The notes beneath the pieces are model-generated. The model saw only the letters and a list, made by a program, of their open reading frames with translations. It had not been told where the DNA came from and did not search any database. A stretch of 19,373 bases of DNA, taken from positions 1-19,373 of the forward strand of contig JBKPAK010000060.1 in the NCBI GenBank assembly GCA_046726415.1. Reading direction: 5' to 3'. Numbering within the stretch: position 1 is the first letter of the stretch; each line of letters starts with the position of its first letter. Below are positions 7,104 to 15,149 of the stretch, piece by piece. Source of the DNA: Candidatus Methylomirabilota bacterium. Lineage in GTDB: Bacteria > Methylomirabilota > Methylomirabilia > Rokubacteriales > CSP1-6. A program made the position numbers and the translations under genes.

Positions 7104-8666
7104 ATGAACAGCCAAGGGAATCTTGCCCGGTGGTTCGCGCGCGCCGTGACTGGTGTACTGCTGTATGCGCTGCTGGCCGGCGGCCTCGTCGGAGTCGCCG
7201 CCGCCCAGTCAAAGCCCGACGGCGAGATGCGCTGGGCCCTGTACGTGACCGTCGCCCCGGCCTGGCTCGATCCGGGAGAGGTGCAGGGCTTCATCACGCC
7301 GTTCTGGATTCAGTACGCGCTCCACGATGCGCTCGTGAAGCCCATGCCCGGCAACATCATGACGCCGAGCCTCGCCGAATCGTGGACGGCGAGTCCCGAT
7401 CAGCGGGTCTATGAGTTCAAGCTGCGCCCTGGTCTCAAGTTCCACAACGGCGATCTCTTCACCGCCGAAGACGTGAAGTTCAGTTTCTATCGCGCGAAGA
7501 GCTCTCGAGTCCTCAAGGAGAAGGTCCGCGAGGTGGAGATCGTCGATCCGTATCGTGTGCGCTTCCATCTCCACGAGCCGTTTCCCGACTTCATGGCCTT
7601 CTACGGAACCCTTGCGACCGCGTCGAGTTGGATCGTGCCCAAGAACTACGTCGAGAAGGTCGGCGACGACGGGTTCAAGAAGGCGCCGGTGGGTCTCGGA
7701 CCGTACAAGTTCGTGAGCAACACGCCCGGCATCGAAATCGTCATGGAGGCCAACGAAAGTTACTGGCGCAAGATGCCCTCGGTGAAGCGTCTCGTCTTCA
7801 AGAGCGTTCCGGAGCCAACCACGCGGGCGGCGATGTTGAAGAAGGGTGAAGTGGATATCGCCTACCTCCTGGACGCGCCGACGGCCCTGGAGTTGAAGCG
7901 GGATCCCAACTTCAGGCTGGCATTTTCCGGGGCGATCGGGATCCACTTCCTCGAATTCTTCGACCAATGGGACCCGAAATCGCCGTGGCACGACCGGCGC
8001 GTGCGGCTCGCCGCCAATTACGCGATCGATCGCCGGTCACTGAACGAGGCAGAAAACCTCGGCGCCTCCCGTCTCACCGGCGCCATGGTTCCCCGCAAGT
8101 TCGAGTTCGCGCTGGCCCTCGAGCCCTATCCCTACGATCCGGTGAAGGCCAAGCAATTGCTGGCCGAGGCTGGCTACCCCAACGGCTTCGACGCCGGGGA
8201 CCTCTATCCCTATCCCCCCTATTTCTCGCTGGGGGAAGCGGTCGCCACCAATCTCGCGGCGGTGGGTATCAAGACGAAGTTCCACACCATGGAGCGCGCG
8301 GCCTTCCAGGCGGCGTGGCTGTCGAAGAAGTTGCAGGGGCTCTGCGTCTGCATCCACGCGCCCTACGGCAACGCGGCCTCGCGAATGGCACAGTTCGTCC
8401 CGAGCAACGGGGACTTCGCCCGTGGCGCCGATCCTGATGTTGACGCGCTCTTCAAGCAGCAGGCGCGGGAGACGGATCGGAAGAAGCGCGAGGCAATGCT
8501 CTACCAGATTCAGCAGCTCCTCCACGAGCGGGTGAGGTTTGGCCCGATCTGGGAGTACATCTGGCCGAGCGGGATCGGCCCGCGGGTGGCCGAGCCGGCC
8601 CTGCTGAAGATCGACCCGTATCCCTGGTCGGCACCTTACGAAGACGTGAGCCTCAAGAAGAAGTGA
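7104..8666 (+). CDS. ABC transporter substrate-binding protein, family 5 (DppA/OppA/NikA-like)
   Basis: Signal peptide, then LDP, PSLAESW, FKLRPGLKFHNG..FTAEDVKFS, PVGLGPYKF, RVRLAANYAIDR and YDPVKAKQLLAEAGYPNGF. ATG 7104 follows GGAGGGGG. Confidence 0.93.
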   Translation: MNSQGNLARWFARAVTGVLLYALLAGGLVGVAAAQSKPDGEMRWALYVTVAPAWLDPGEVQGFITPFWIQYALHDALVKPMPGNIMTPSLAESWTASPDQRVYEFKLRPGLKFHNGDLFTAEDVKFSFYRAKSSRVLKEKVREVEIVDPYRVRFHLHEPFPDFMAFYGTLATASSWIVPKNYVEKVGDDGFKKAPVGLGPYKFVSNTPGIEIVMEANESYWRKMPSVKRLVFKSVPEPTTRAAMLKKGEVDIAYLLDAPTALELKRDPNFRLAFSGAIGIHFLEFFDQWDPKSPWHDRRVRLAANYAIDRRSLNEAENLGASRLTGAMVPRKFEFALALEPYPYDPVKAKQLLAEAGYPNGFDAGDLYPYPPYFSLGEAVATNLAAVGIKTKFHTMERAAFQAAWLSKKLQGLCVCIHAPYGNAASRMAQFVPSNGDFARGADPDVDALFKQQARETDRKKREAMLYQIQQLLHERVRFGPIWEYIWPSGIGPRVAEPALLKIDPYPWSAPYEDVSLKKK

Positions 8667-8928
8667 TCGGGCGGACGTCGGCGCGGCCTAGCGGAGCGCC
8701 TCGCGCACCTCGCGGTCCTCGCCAAACCGCGTCGGGCTCACGCGGCGACTCTGCCCCTCTTCCGGACGCAACGGTCAGGTCCTCAAACACGCGCGTTAAA
8801 CATCACCGAAATTCTGACGGGGTCCAACGGGATTTGCGACCAAGAGGGCGTCGCCGCGGGAAGGGCCATCCGCACTGATGGCCTCCTGGCCTGGTCCTGT
8901 CCGGTGCCCAGGCCCTGCCTTCACTCCC

Positions 8929-9339
8929 TTAGCCCTGACGATCCGGACCAGCGCGTTCAATCGTCATGCGGATCAGCACACGCTGGTCAGCCTTCATCGC
9001 TCGGCGATAGTCCTCCCAATCCGGATGTTCGCCAGCTAAGCGGCGATAATAGTCGACGAGTGGCTCCATCGCCTCCGGTAAGGTCACCACTTCGGCCGTG
9101 CCTTCAAGCTGAACCCACGGGCCAGTAAACGCTTCCACGAAGACGCATAACGCGGCCCGTGGGTCACGGCGGAGATTGCGTACCTTATAGGCGGTTTCCC
9201 GACTGCTGATGATCGCCCGGCCGGCCGCATCCAGGCCCACGGTAACCGGGGACATTTGCAGGCGCCCATCCTGTCGCCAGGTCGCGAGGACAGCATTTTC
9301 GTTCTCACGGAGAAATTGCTGTGCGACGGCAATATCCAT
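8929..9339 (-). CDS. PPOX-class (split beta-barrel) putative F420/FMN-dependent oxidoreductase
   Basis: Motifs AVLATWRQDGRLQMSPV, KVRNLRRDPR, WVQLEGTAEV and GEHPDWEDYRRAM..DQRV. ATG 9339 has the RBS AAGGAAG. 136 aa. Confidence 0.88.
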   Translation of the reverse strand: MDIAVAQQFLRENENAVLATWRQDGRLQMSPVTVGLDAAGRAIISSRETAYKVRNLRRDPRAALCVFVEAFTGPWVQLEGTAEVVTLPEAMEPLVDYYRRLAGEHPDWEDYRRAMKADQRVLIRMTIERAGPDRQG

Positions 9340-9442
9340 CGGTATCTTCCTTCTCTGGGACACTGTGCACTTTGGGTGGCGGGCGGCCCATGGACCCTCT
9401 CTGAGCGAGAGTGTAACAGTGAAGCGAAAGGATCATAGCCAG

Positions 9443-9523
9443 TTGCTGCCGCAGGTGCCGGTGCGCGGGTGGGTCCCGACGCTGCCGTATCGCCTGGCTT
9501 GGAGTCATGCCTTGTGCCGGGCG
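9443..9523 (+). mobile_element. Short degenerate remnant of an IS91-family (Y2 rolling-circle) transposase
   Basis: Reads LLPQVPVRGWVPTLPYRLAWSHALCRA, matching the IS91-type segment 'VLPxVPVRQWVLSLPxxLRYxLAWDHxLCRAV' at the end of the zinc-binding domain. Confidence 0.65.
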
Positions 9524-9571
9524 AGTAGGACCCGGCGCGGTCTCCCCGCGAGGAGAGGGAGCTACGACGAG

Positions 9572-9918
9572 TTACTGGGTCGCAGCCCCGGGCGGCGGCG
9601 GAGATGGTACGCCGGGCGGAGGCGGCGGGATGTCAGAGGGCGTGACGCCCTGCGGAGGCGGGGTAGTCAGCGAGGACCGAGCGGGGCGTTGGTAGCCGAT
9701 GGGCGGCTGGGACCCGCGGGACACGGGGATCTGATTGCCCTTTGCGTACATGCACTGCATGTACGCCGCATTGTACCGGTGCTGGACGGAGCCCTGGGCT
9801 GCATGGGCATTGCTGGCGCCTACCGACGTGCCGCCGAGGAAGCCGGCGCCGGCGGCACGATCGCCAGTGCGGCGAGTGCGATAGCCGCGAACTTTTTGGC
9901 CCCTCTCAGCTTGCTCAC
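9572..9918 (-). pseudogene. Glycine-zipper family exported protein with a Pro-rich tail, internally deleted and frameshifted
   Basis: GTG 9918 (upstream GGAGGAG) gives the signal-like MSKLRGAKKFAAIALAALAI and then a stop. From ~9858 another frame gives AAGAGFLGGTSVGASNAHAAQGSVQHRYNAAYMQCMYAKGNQIP...PPPPPG, the typical C-half of this family. Confidence 0.7.
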
Positions 9919-10011
9919 CTGGTGCCTCGCTTTCTCCTCCACTTCTTGAGATGACACGGCGTCAGGGGAGATTCAGGTCGCGCTTGTCCCGAGGAAACGC
10001 GACGAATCGCG

Positions 10012-10158
10012 TCACCGGACGATGATGCGGCCCAGAGCCAGCGCGGTCCCGAGAAATCCGAAATCGCCGTCCTCGTACAGAGCAAGCGCTCCTCCCAACT
10101 GGGCCTTGTAGCTCCTCAGACCCCTGAAGGAGAAGAGCGCGGTTACGTGCTCGTGGAG
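10012..10158 (-). pseudogene. Possible C-terminal remnant of an MprF/DUF2156 (aminoacyl-phosphatidylglycerol synthase C-domain) gene
   Basis: Reads LHEHVTALFSFRGLRSYKAQ...LYEDGDFGFLGTALALGRIIVR*, resembling the 'F.F.GLR.YK.KF.P.W...YL.Y......ALAL.RI' tail. There is an in-frame stop upstream. Confidence 0.4.
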
Positions 10159-10465
10159 AGACGCGCGCGTGGGCTTGCCGATTCTTGCGGAAAGGAGCTG
10201 CCGCCTTGGCGTGCCCTCGCTCTGGCGCCCGCCTGCGCGTCATCGCCACGGCGCAGGATCCGGCCGCCCGTCCGTTGCGACCGTGTGGTCGAGCCGCAGG
10301 GTACGCGATGCCCTGCGGGCCCCGGTGAGGCCCGGTTCCATGTGGAGTATCGCGTTCTTGCGAAAGAGTGGGGGGAAGTGCGATCGCGGTGGGGCGGCAG
10401 ATCGTCATAAAAGTGTGGTTCGTGCCGCAAAACGATCCCTGGGTGCGTGCGCTCCGGCTCACCGA

Positions 10466-10550
10466 CTCGCGTTCCTGTGCCTCTTCTCGGTTCCGCTCGT
10501 GCTGCCGTTCCGGCGCGTGGCGAGCGCGAAGACCGGTCGCCGTGCACTAG
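10466..10550 (+). pseudogene. Possible C-terminal remnant of a DHA2 (EmrB/QacA) MFS transporter
   Basis: Reads LAFLCLFSVPLVLPFRRVASAK and then, after a frameshift, PVAVH* (TAG 10548-10550). This looks like the last TM helix and His-ending tail common in EmrB-like proteins. Confidence 0.4.
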
Positions 10551-10566
10551 ACCAATGGAGGACCAC

Positions 10567-10902
10567 ATGGCGACGAGTCGCGCGCTCTCGATCCTGATAA
10601 CGCTCGCGCTCGCCCTTCTGACGACGACCAGCCCCGCCGCCGCGTACGTCATCGAGGCGCTGACCTCGATCTCCGCCGACCTGGCCGCGGACAAGGCGAC
10701 CCTGGAGAAGGCGATCCAGGCGGCCGTCGTTGACGTCGCGACCCACGCCGTCGCGTTCACCCCCACCATAGTGTCGCTGCGGGACGCCAAGCTCGTCGGC
10801 GGTCGCATCTACCTGTTCGTGCTGCTCGCGGACGCCGCCGGGGAAGCAGAGCTCGAAATGATGGGGGCCGCTTCGGCGCGGCGGAGCCTGGACCGGCGTT
10901 GA
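10567..10902 (+). CDS. Small secreted/periplasmic hypothetical protein (111 aa)
   Basis: Strong RBS GGAGGA, ATG 10567, Sec signal MATSRALSILITLALALLTTTSPAAA|Y and high-GC3 codons. Its stop is 6 nt before mdtA. Confidence 0.8.
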   Translation: MATSRALSILITLALALLTTTSPAAAYVIEALTSISADLAADKATLEKAIQAAVVDVATHAVAFTPTIVSLRDAKLVGGRIYLFVLLADAAGEAELEMMGAASARRSLDRR

Positions 10903-10908
10903 GGCAGC

Positions 10909-12066
10909 ATGGGCGTCGCGAGCCGCCTGTGCCGGCATCCCTACGCGCTGGGATCGATCGCACTCCTGATCGCGGTGGCCGGTTTGGGGATTGTGGCCCG
11001 CTCCAGACCCTGGGGGTCAACCGCCGGCGCGCAGGGAGGCGTCCCGGCGCCGCCGCGCGTGCCCGTGGTGGCCGCAGCGGTGAGGACGCGCGACGTGAGC
11101 GTGTACCTCACCGGGCTCGGGACAGTCACTCCCCTCAATACCGTCACGGTGAAGACCCGTGTGGACGGCGAGATGATCGCCGTCCACTTCAAGGAAGGCC
11201 AGATCGTCAGCAACGGCGATCTGCTGGCGGAGATCGACCCGCGCCCGTTCCAGGCGCAGCTGACCCAGTTCGAAGGCCAGCTGCAGCGCGACCAGGCGCT
11301 GCTCGACAACGCCCGGCTCGATCTCAAACGGTTCCAGGTGCTCATCACGACGGACGCGGTGCCGCGGCAGCAGCTGGACACACAGGCGTCGCTGGTTCAG
11401 CAGCTCGAGGGCACGGTCAAGAACGACCAGGGTCAGATCGAAGCCACGAAGGTTCAGCTCGTCTACTGTCGCATCACCTCGCCCATCACCGGCCGCGTGG
11501 GGCTCCGTCTGGTGGATCCCGGGAACATCGTGCACGCCACCGATACGGGCGGCCTGGTCATCATCACCCAGCTCCAGCCGATCACCGTGGTCTTCACGAT
11601 CCCAGAGGACAGCATCCCGACGGTGCTCGAGCGACTCCAGCACGGCGTCCGCTTACCGGTGGAGGCCTACGACCGGGAGCAGCGGCGAAAGTTGGCGGAC
11701 GGCGCGCTGCTCACCATCGACAACCAGGTCGATCCGACAACCGGCACCGTCCGCCTCAAGGCCGAGTTCCCGAACACCGACAACCGGCTGTTCCCCAGCC
11801 AGTTCGTCAATGCCCGCCTCCTCATCGAGACTCAGCGCGGCGCGACAGTGGTGCCGACCGCGGCCATCCAGCAGAGCCCACGGGGGTCGTTCGTCTACGT
11901 GCTGCGGCCGGACCGGACCGTCGGGGTCCGGCAGGTGACGGTCGGGGTGACGGACGGTGACGACGTGTCGATCGAGCAGGGCCTGGCGGTCGGGGAGCAG
12001 GTCGTGGTCGAGGGCACCGAGCGGCTTCGCGACGGGGCGGCCATCGAACTGCGGAAGGCCTCGTGA
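10909..12066 (+). CDS. mdtA: MdtA/MuxA-family RND periplasmic adaptor subunit
   Basis: N-terminal TM anchor, then [43 protein letters not shown] and [16 protein letters not shown]. Confidence 0.93.
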   Translation: MGVASRLCRHPYALGSIALLIAVAGLGIVARSRPWGSTAGAQGGVPAPPRVPVVAAAVRTRDVSVYLTGLGTVTPLNTVTVKTRVDGEMIAVHFKEGQIVSNGDLLAEIDPRPFQAQLTQFEGQLQRDQALLDNARLDLKRFQVLITTDAVPRQQLDTQASLVQQLEGTVKNDQGQIEATKVQLVYCRITSPITGRVGLRLVDPGNIVHATDTGGLVIITQLQPITVVFTIPEDSIPTVLERLQHGVRLPVEAYDREQRRKLADGALLTIDNQVDPTTGTVRLKAEFPNTDNRLFPSQFVNARLLIETQRGATVVPTAAIQQSPRGSFVYVLRPDRTVGVRQVTVGVTDGDDVSIEQGLAVGEQVVVEGTERLRDGAAIELRKAS

Positions 12067-15000
12067 ACCTGTCCCGCCCGTTCATCCTGCGGCCGGTCGC
12101 CACGACGCTGCTCATGGCCGCGTTGCTGCTGGCCGGCGCCCTCGCCTACCGCCTGCTCCCGGTCTCCGCCCTTCCCCAGGTGGACTACCCGACCATCCAG
12201 GTCTTCACCTTCTATCCGGGGGCGAGCCCCGACGTGATGGCGTCATCGGTCACCGCCCCGCTCGAGCGGTTCCTCGGGCAGATGCCCGGACTGAACCAGA
12301 TGACGTCTACCAGCTCGAGCGGCAGCTCGGTGATCACGCTGCAGTTCACACTGAGCCTCGGGCTCGACGTGGCCGAGCAGGAGGTGCAGGCGGCGATCAA
12401 CTCGGCGCTGACGCTCCTGCCGCCGGACCTCCCGAATCCGCCCGTGTACAGCAAGGTGAATCCGGCCGATACGCCGATCGTCACCCTCGGGCTGACCTCG
12501 GCGACCCTGCCGCTGCCCCAGGTCGAGGACCTGGCCGATACGAGGCTCGCTCAGAAGATCGCTCAGCTCCCCGGCGTGGGCCTCGTCAGCATCAGCGGCG
12601 GGCAGCGGCCCGCGGTGCGGGTGCAGGCCAACCCGGCCGCGCTCTCGGCCTACGGCCTCACCCTCGAGGACCTGCGCGTCGCGGTGGCCGCGGCCAACGT
12701 CAACCAGGCCAAGGGCAGCTTCGACGGGCCGCGCCAGTCCTCCGTCATTGGCGCGAACGACCAGTTGCTGACCAGCCGGGACTACCGACCGCTAATCGTC
12801 GCGTTCCGCAACAATGCCCCGGTCACCCTCGAGAACGTGGCCGACGTGATCGACGACGCCGAGAATGTGCGTCAGGCGGCCTGGATGAACGGCACGCCGG
12901 CGGTGATCCTGAATATCCAGCGGCAGCCCGGCGCCAACGTGATCGCGGTCGTAGACCGTATCGAGCGGCTCCTGCCGCAGCTCCAGGCCTCCCTGCCGGC
13001 GGCAGTCGAGGTCAAGGTGCTCACCGACCGCACCGTTACGATCCGCGGATCGGTCGAGGACGTCCAGTTCGAGCTGATGCTGTCGGTGGCGCTGGTCGTG
13101 CTCGTCATCTTCCTCTTCTTGCGTACGGTTCCGGCTACCGTCATCCCGGCGGTCGCGGTCCCCCTCTCGCTCGTGGGGACCTTCGGCGCGATGGTGCTCC
13201 TGGGCTTCAGCCTGAACAACCTGTCGCTGATGGCGCTCACCATTGCCACCGGCTTCGTGGTGGACGACGCCATCGTCATGATCGAGAACATCGCGCGCTA
13301 CATCGAAGCCGGTGATCCTCCGCTCCAGGCCGCGCTCAAGGGAGCCGAGCAGATCGGCTTCACGATCCTGTCCCTCACCGTCTCGCTGATCGCGGTGCTC
13401 ATCCCGCTCCTGTTCATGGCCGACGTGGTGGGCCGCCTGTTTCGCGAGTTCGCGGTCACTCTCGGCATCACGATCCTCATCTCCGCGGTGGTGTCGCTGA
13501 CCCTCACCCCCATGATGTGCGCCCGGCTGCTCCGCCATACGCCCCCCGAGCGGCAGGGCCGGCTCTACCGTTGGTCAGAGCGCGCCTTCGAGGGGATCAT
13601 CGGGGTCTACGGTACGAGCCTGCGCTGGGTGCTTGGCTACCAGCCCGCGACCCTCGCGGTGGCGGTCGCCACCCTCGGGCTCACTGTGGTGCTGTACGTG
13701 GTAGTGCCGAAAGGCTTCTTCCCCCTGCAGGACACCGGGACCATCCAAGGCATCTCGGAAGCGCCGCAGACGATCTCGTTCCCCGCGATGGCCGGACTGC
13801 AGCAGGCCCTGGCCGCGGTAATCCTGAAGGATCCGGCGGTCGAGAGCCTGTCCTCGTTCATCGGGGTGGACGGCACCAACGTCTCCGTCAACAGTGGGCG
13901 GATCCTCATCAACTTGAAGCCGCTCGCCCAGCGCGGCGTGAGCGCGACCGACGTCATCCGCCGACTCCAGCCCGCACTGGCCGGAGTCGAGGGCGTCCAG
14001 CTCTTCATGCAGCCGGTGCAGGATCTCACCGTCGAGGATCGGGTGAGCCGCACGCAGTACCAGTACAGCCTCGAGGATCCGGACGGGAGCAAGCTCAACC
14101 GCTGGGCCCCGCGGATGGTGGACGCGCTGCGCGAGCGGCGGGAGCTGGCCGACGTCAGCAGCGACCAACAGGACCACGGACTTGGCACCGCGCTCGTAGT
14201 GGACCGCAGCACCGCGTCGCGGCTCGGAGTCACCCCGCAGGCAATCGACAACACCCTCTACGACGCCTTCGGCCAGCGGCAGGTGTCCACGATGTTCACC
14301 CAGCTGAACCAGTACCGGGTCGTCCTCGAGGTCAAGCCCGAGTTCCGCCGGGGCGCGGGAGCTCTCCGGGACATCTACGTCACGGGGACGACCGGGGGGC
14401 AGCCGGTAGCGGTGCCGCTCGACACCATGATCCGGGCGTATCCCACCACGGCCCCGCTCGTGGTTTCGCGCCAGGGGCAGTTCCCGGCGGTGACCTTGTC
14501 ATTCAATCTGGCCGCGGGGGCGGCTCTCGGCAAGGCGGTTGCGGCGGTTGAGGAGACCACCCACCGGCTCGGGCTGCCCGCGAGCATCCAGGGCAGCTTC
14601 CAGGGAACGGCCCGGGCGTTCCAGGCGGCGCTGGTCAACGAGCCGCTGCTCATCGCGGCCGCGCTGGTGGCCGTCTACATCGTGCTGGGGGTGCTCTACG
14701 AGAGCTACATCCATCCGCTCACGATCCTGTCCACCTTGCCGTCGGCGGGGGTGGGGGCGATCCTCGCGCTGCTGGTCTGCCGAGAAGAGCTGAGCGTCAT
14801 CGCGCTGATCGGTATCATCCTCCTGATCGGCATCGTGAAGAAGAACGCGATCATGATGATCGACTTCGCGCTGGAGGCGGAGCGCGAGCACGGCCAAAGC
14901 CCCGGGGATGCTATCTACCAGGCTTGTCTCCTGCGGTTCCGCCCGATCATGATGACCACGATCGCGGCGCTCTTGGGCGCGCTGCCGCTGGCCCTCGGGC

Positions 15001-15149
15001 GCGGCGCAGGCTCGGAGCTGCGCCGGCCACTCGGCATCGCCATCGTGGGGGGGCTCGTCCTGAGCCAGTTGCTCACGCTCTACACCACGCCGGTCATCTA
15101 CCTCGCCTTCGACCGGCTCGCGCGGCGCTTCCGGCCGGATCGCGCATGA
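12063..15149 (+). CDS. mdtB: MdtB/MuxB-family RND permease
   Basis: Begins [18 protein letters not shown]; has [40 protein letters not shown] and [13 protein letters not shown] overlap with mdtA. Confidence 0.93.
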   Translation: MNLSRPFILRPVATTLLMAALLLAGALAYRLLPVSALPQVDYPTIQVFTFYPGASPDVMASSVTAPLERFLGQMPGLNQMTSTSSSGSSVITLQFTLSLGLDVAEQEVQAAINSALTLLPPDLPNPPVYSKVNPADTPIVTLGLTSATLPLPQVEDLADTRLAQKIAQLPGVGLVSISGGQRPAVRVQANPAALSAYGLTLEDLRVAVAAANVNQAKGSFDGPRQSSVIGANDQLLTSRDYRPLIVAFRNNAPVTLENVADVIDDAENVRQAAWMNGTPAVILNIQRQPGANVIAVVDRIERLLPQLQASLPAAVEVKVLTDRTVTIRGSVEDVQFELMLSVALVVLVIFLFLRTVPATVIPAVAVPLSLVGTFGAMVLLGFSLNNLSLMALTIATGFVVDDAIVMIENIARYIEAGDPPLQAALKGAEQIGFTILSLTVSLIAVLIPLLFMADVVGRLFREFAVTLGITILISAVVSLTLTPMMCARLLRHTPPERQGRLYRWSERAFEGIIGVYGTSLRWVLGYQPATLAVAVATLGLTVVLYVVVPKGFFPLQDTGTIQGISEAPQTISFPAMAGLQQALAAVILKDPAVESLSSFIGVDGTNVSVNSGRILINLKPLAQRGVSATDVIRRLQPALAGVEGVQLFMQPVQDLTVEDRVSRTQYQYSLEDPDGSKLNRWAPRMVDALRERRELADVSSDQQDHGLGTALVVDRSTASRLGVTPQAIDNTLYDAFGQRQVSTMFTQLNQYRVVLEVKPEFRRGAGALRDIYVTGTTGGQPVAVPLDTMIRAYPTTAPLVVSRQGQFPAVTLSFNLAAGAALGKAVAAVEETTHRLGLPASIQGSFQGTARAFQAALVNEPLLIAAALVAVYIVLGVLYESYIHPLTILSTLPSAGVGAILALLVCREELSVIALIGIILLIGIVKKNAIMMIDFALEAEREHGQSPGDAIYQACLLRFRPIMMTTIAALLGALPLALGRGAGSELRRPLGIAIVGGLVLSQLLTLYTTPVIYLAFDRLARRFRPDRA

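Noticed and set aside
8688..8762. LAERLAHLAVLAKPRRAHAATLPLF as an IS91 transposase C-terminal remnant
   Set aside because: Only the LAHL word matches, which is too weak without a database search.
8854..8914. Two small hairpins (GGCCATC/GATGGCC and GGCCTGG/CCAGGCC) between convergent genes as terminators
   Set aside because: The stems are short, the background is GC-rich, and there is no U-tract.
9209..9949. 246-aa plus-strand ORF as a real gene
   Set aside because: It is mostly antisense to the PPOX and glycine-zipper genes. Only 9443-9523 shows recognisable (IS91-like) similarity.
14924..15145. N-terminal extension of the 1117-aa mdtC ORF
   Set aside because: It overlaps mdtB. The family-typical start MNISAPFI is at 15146 with ATGA coupling.
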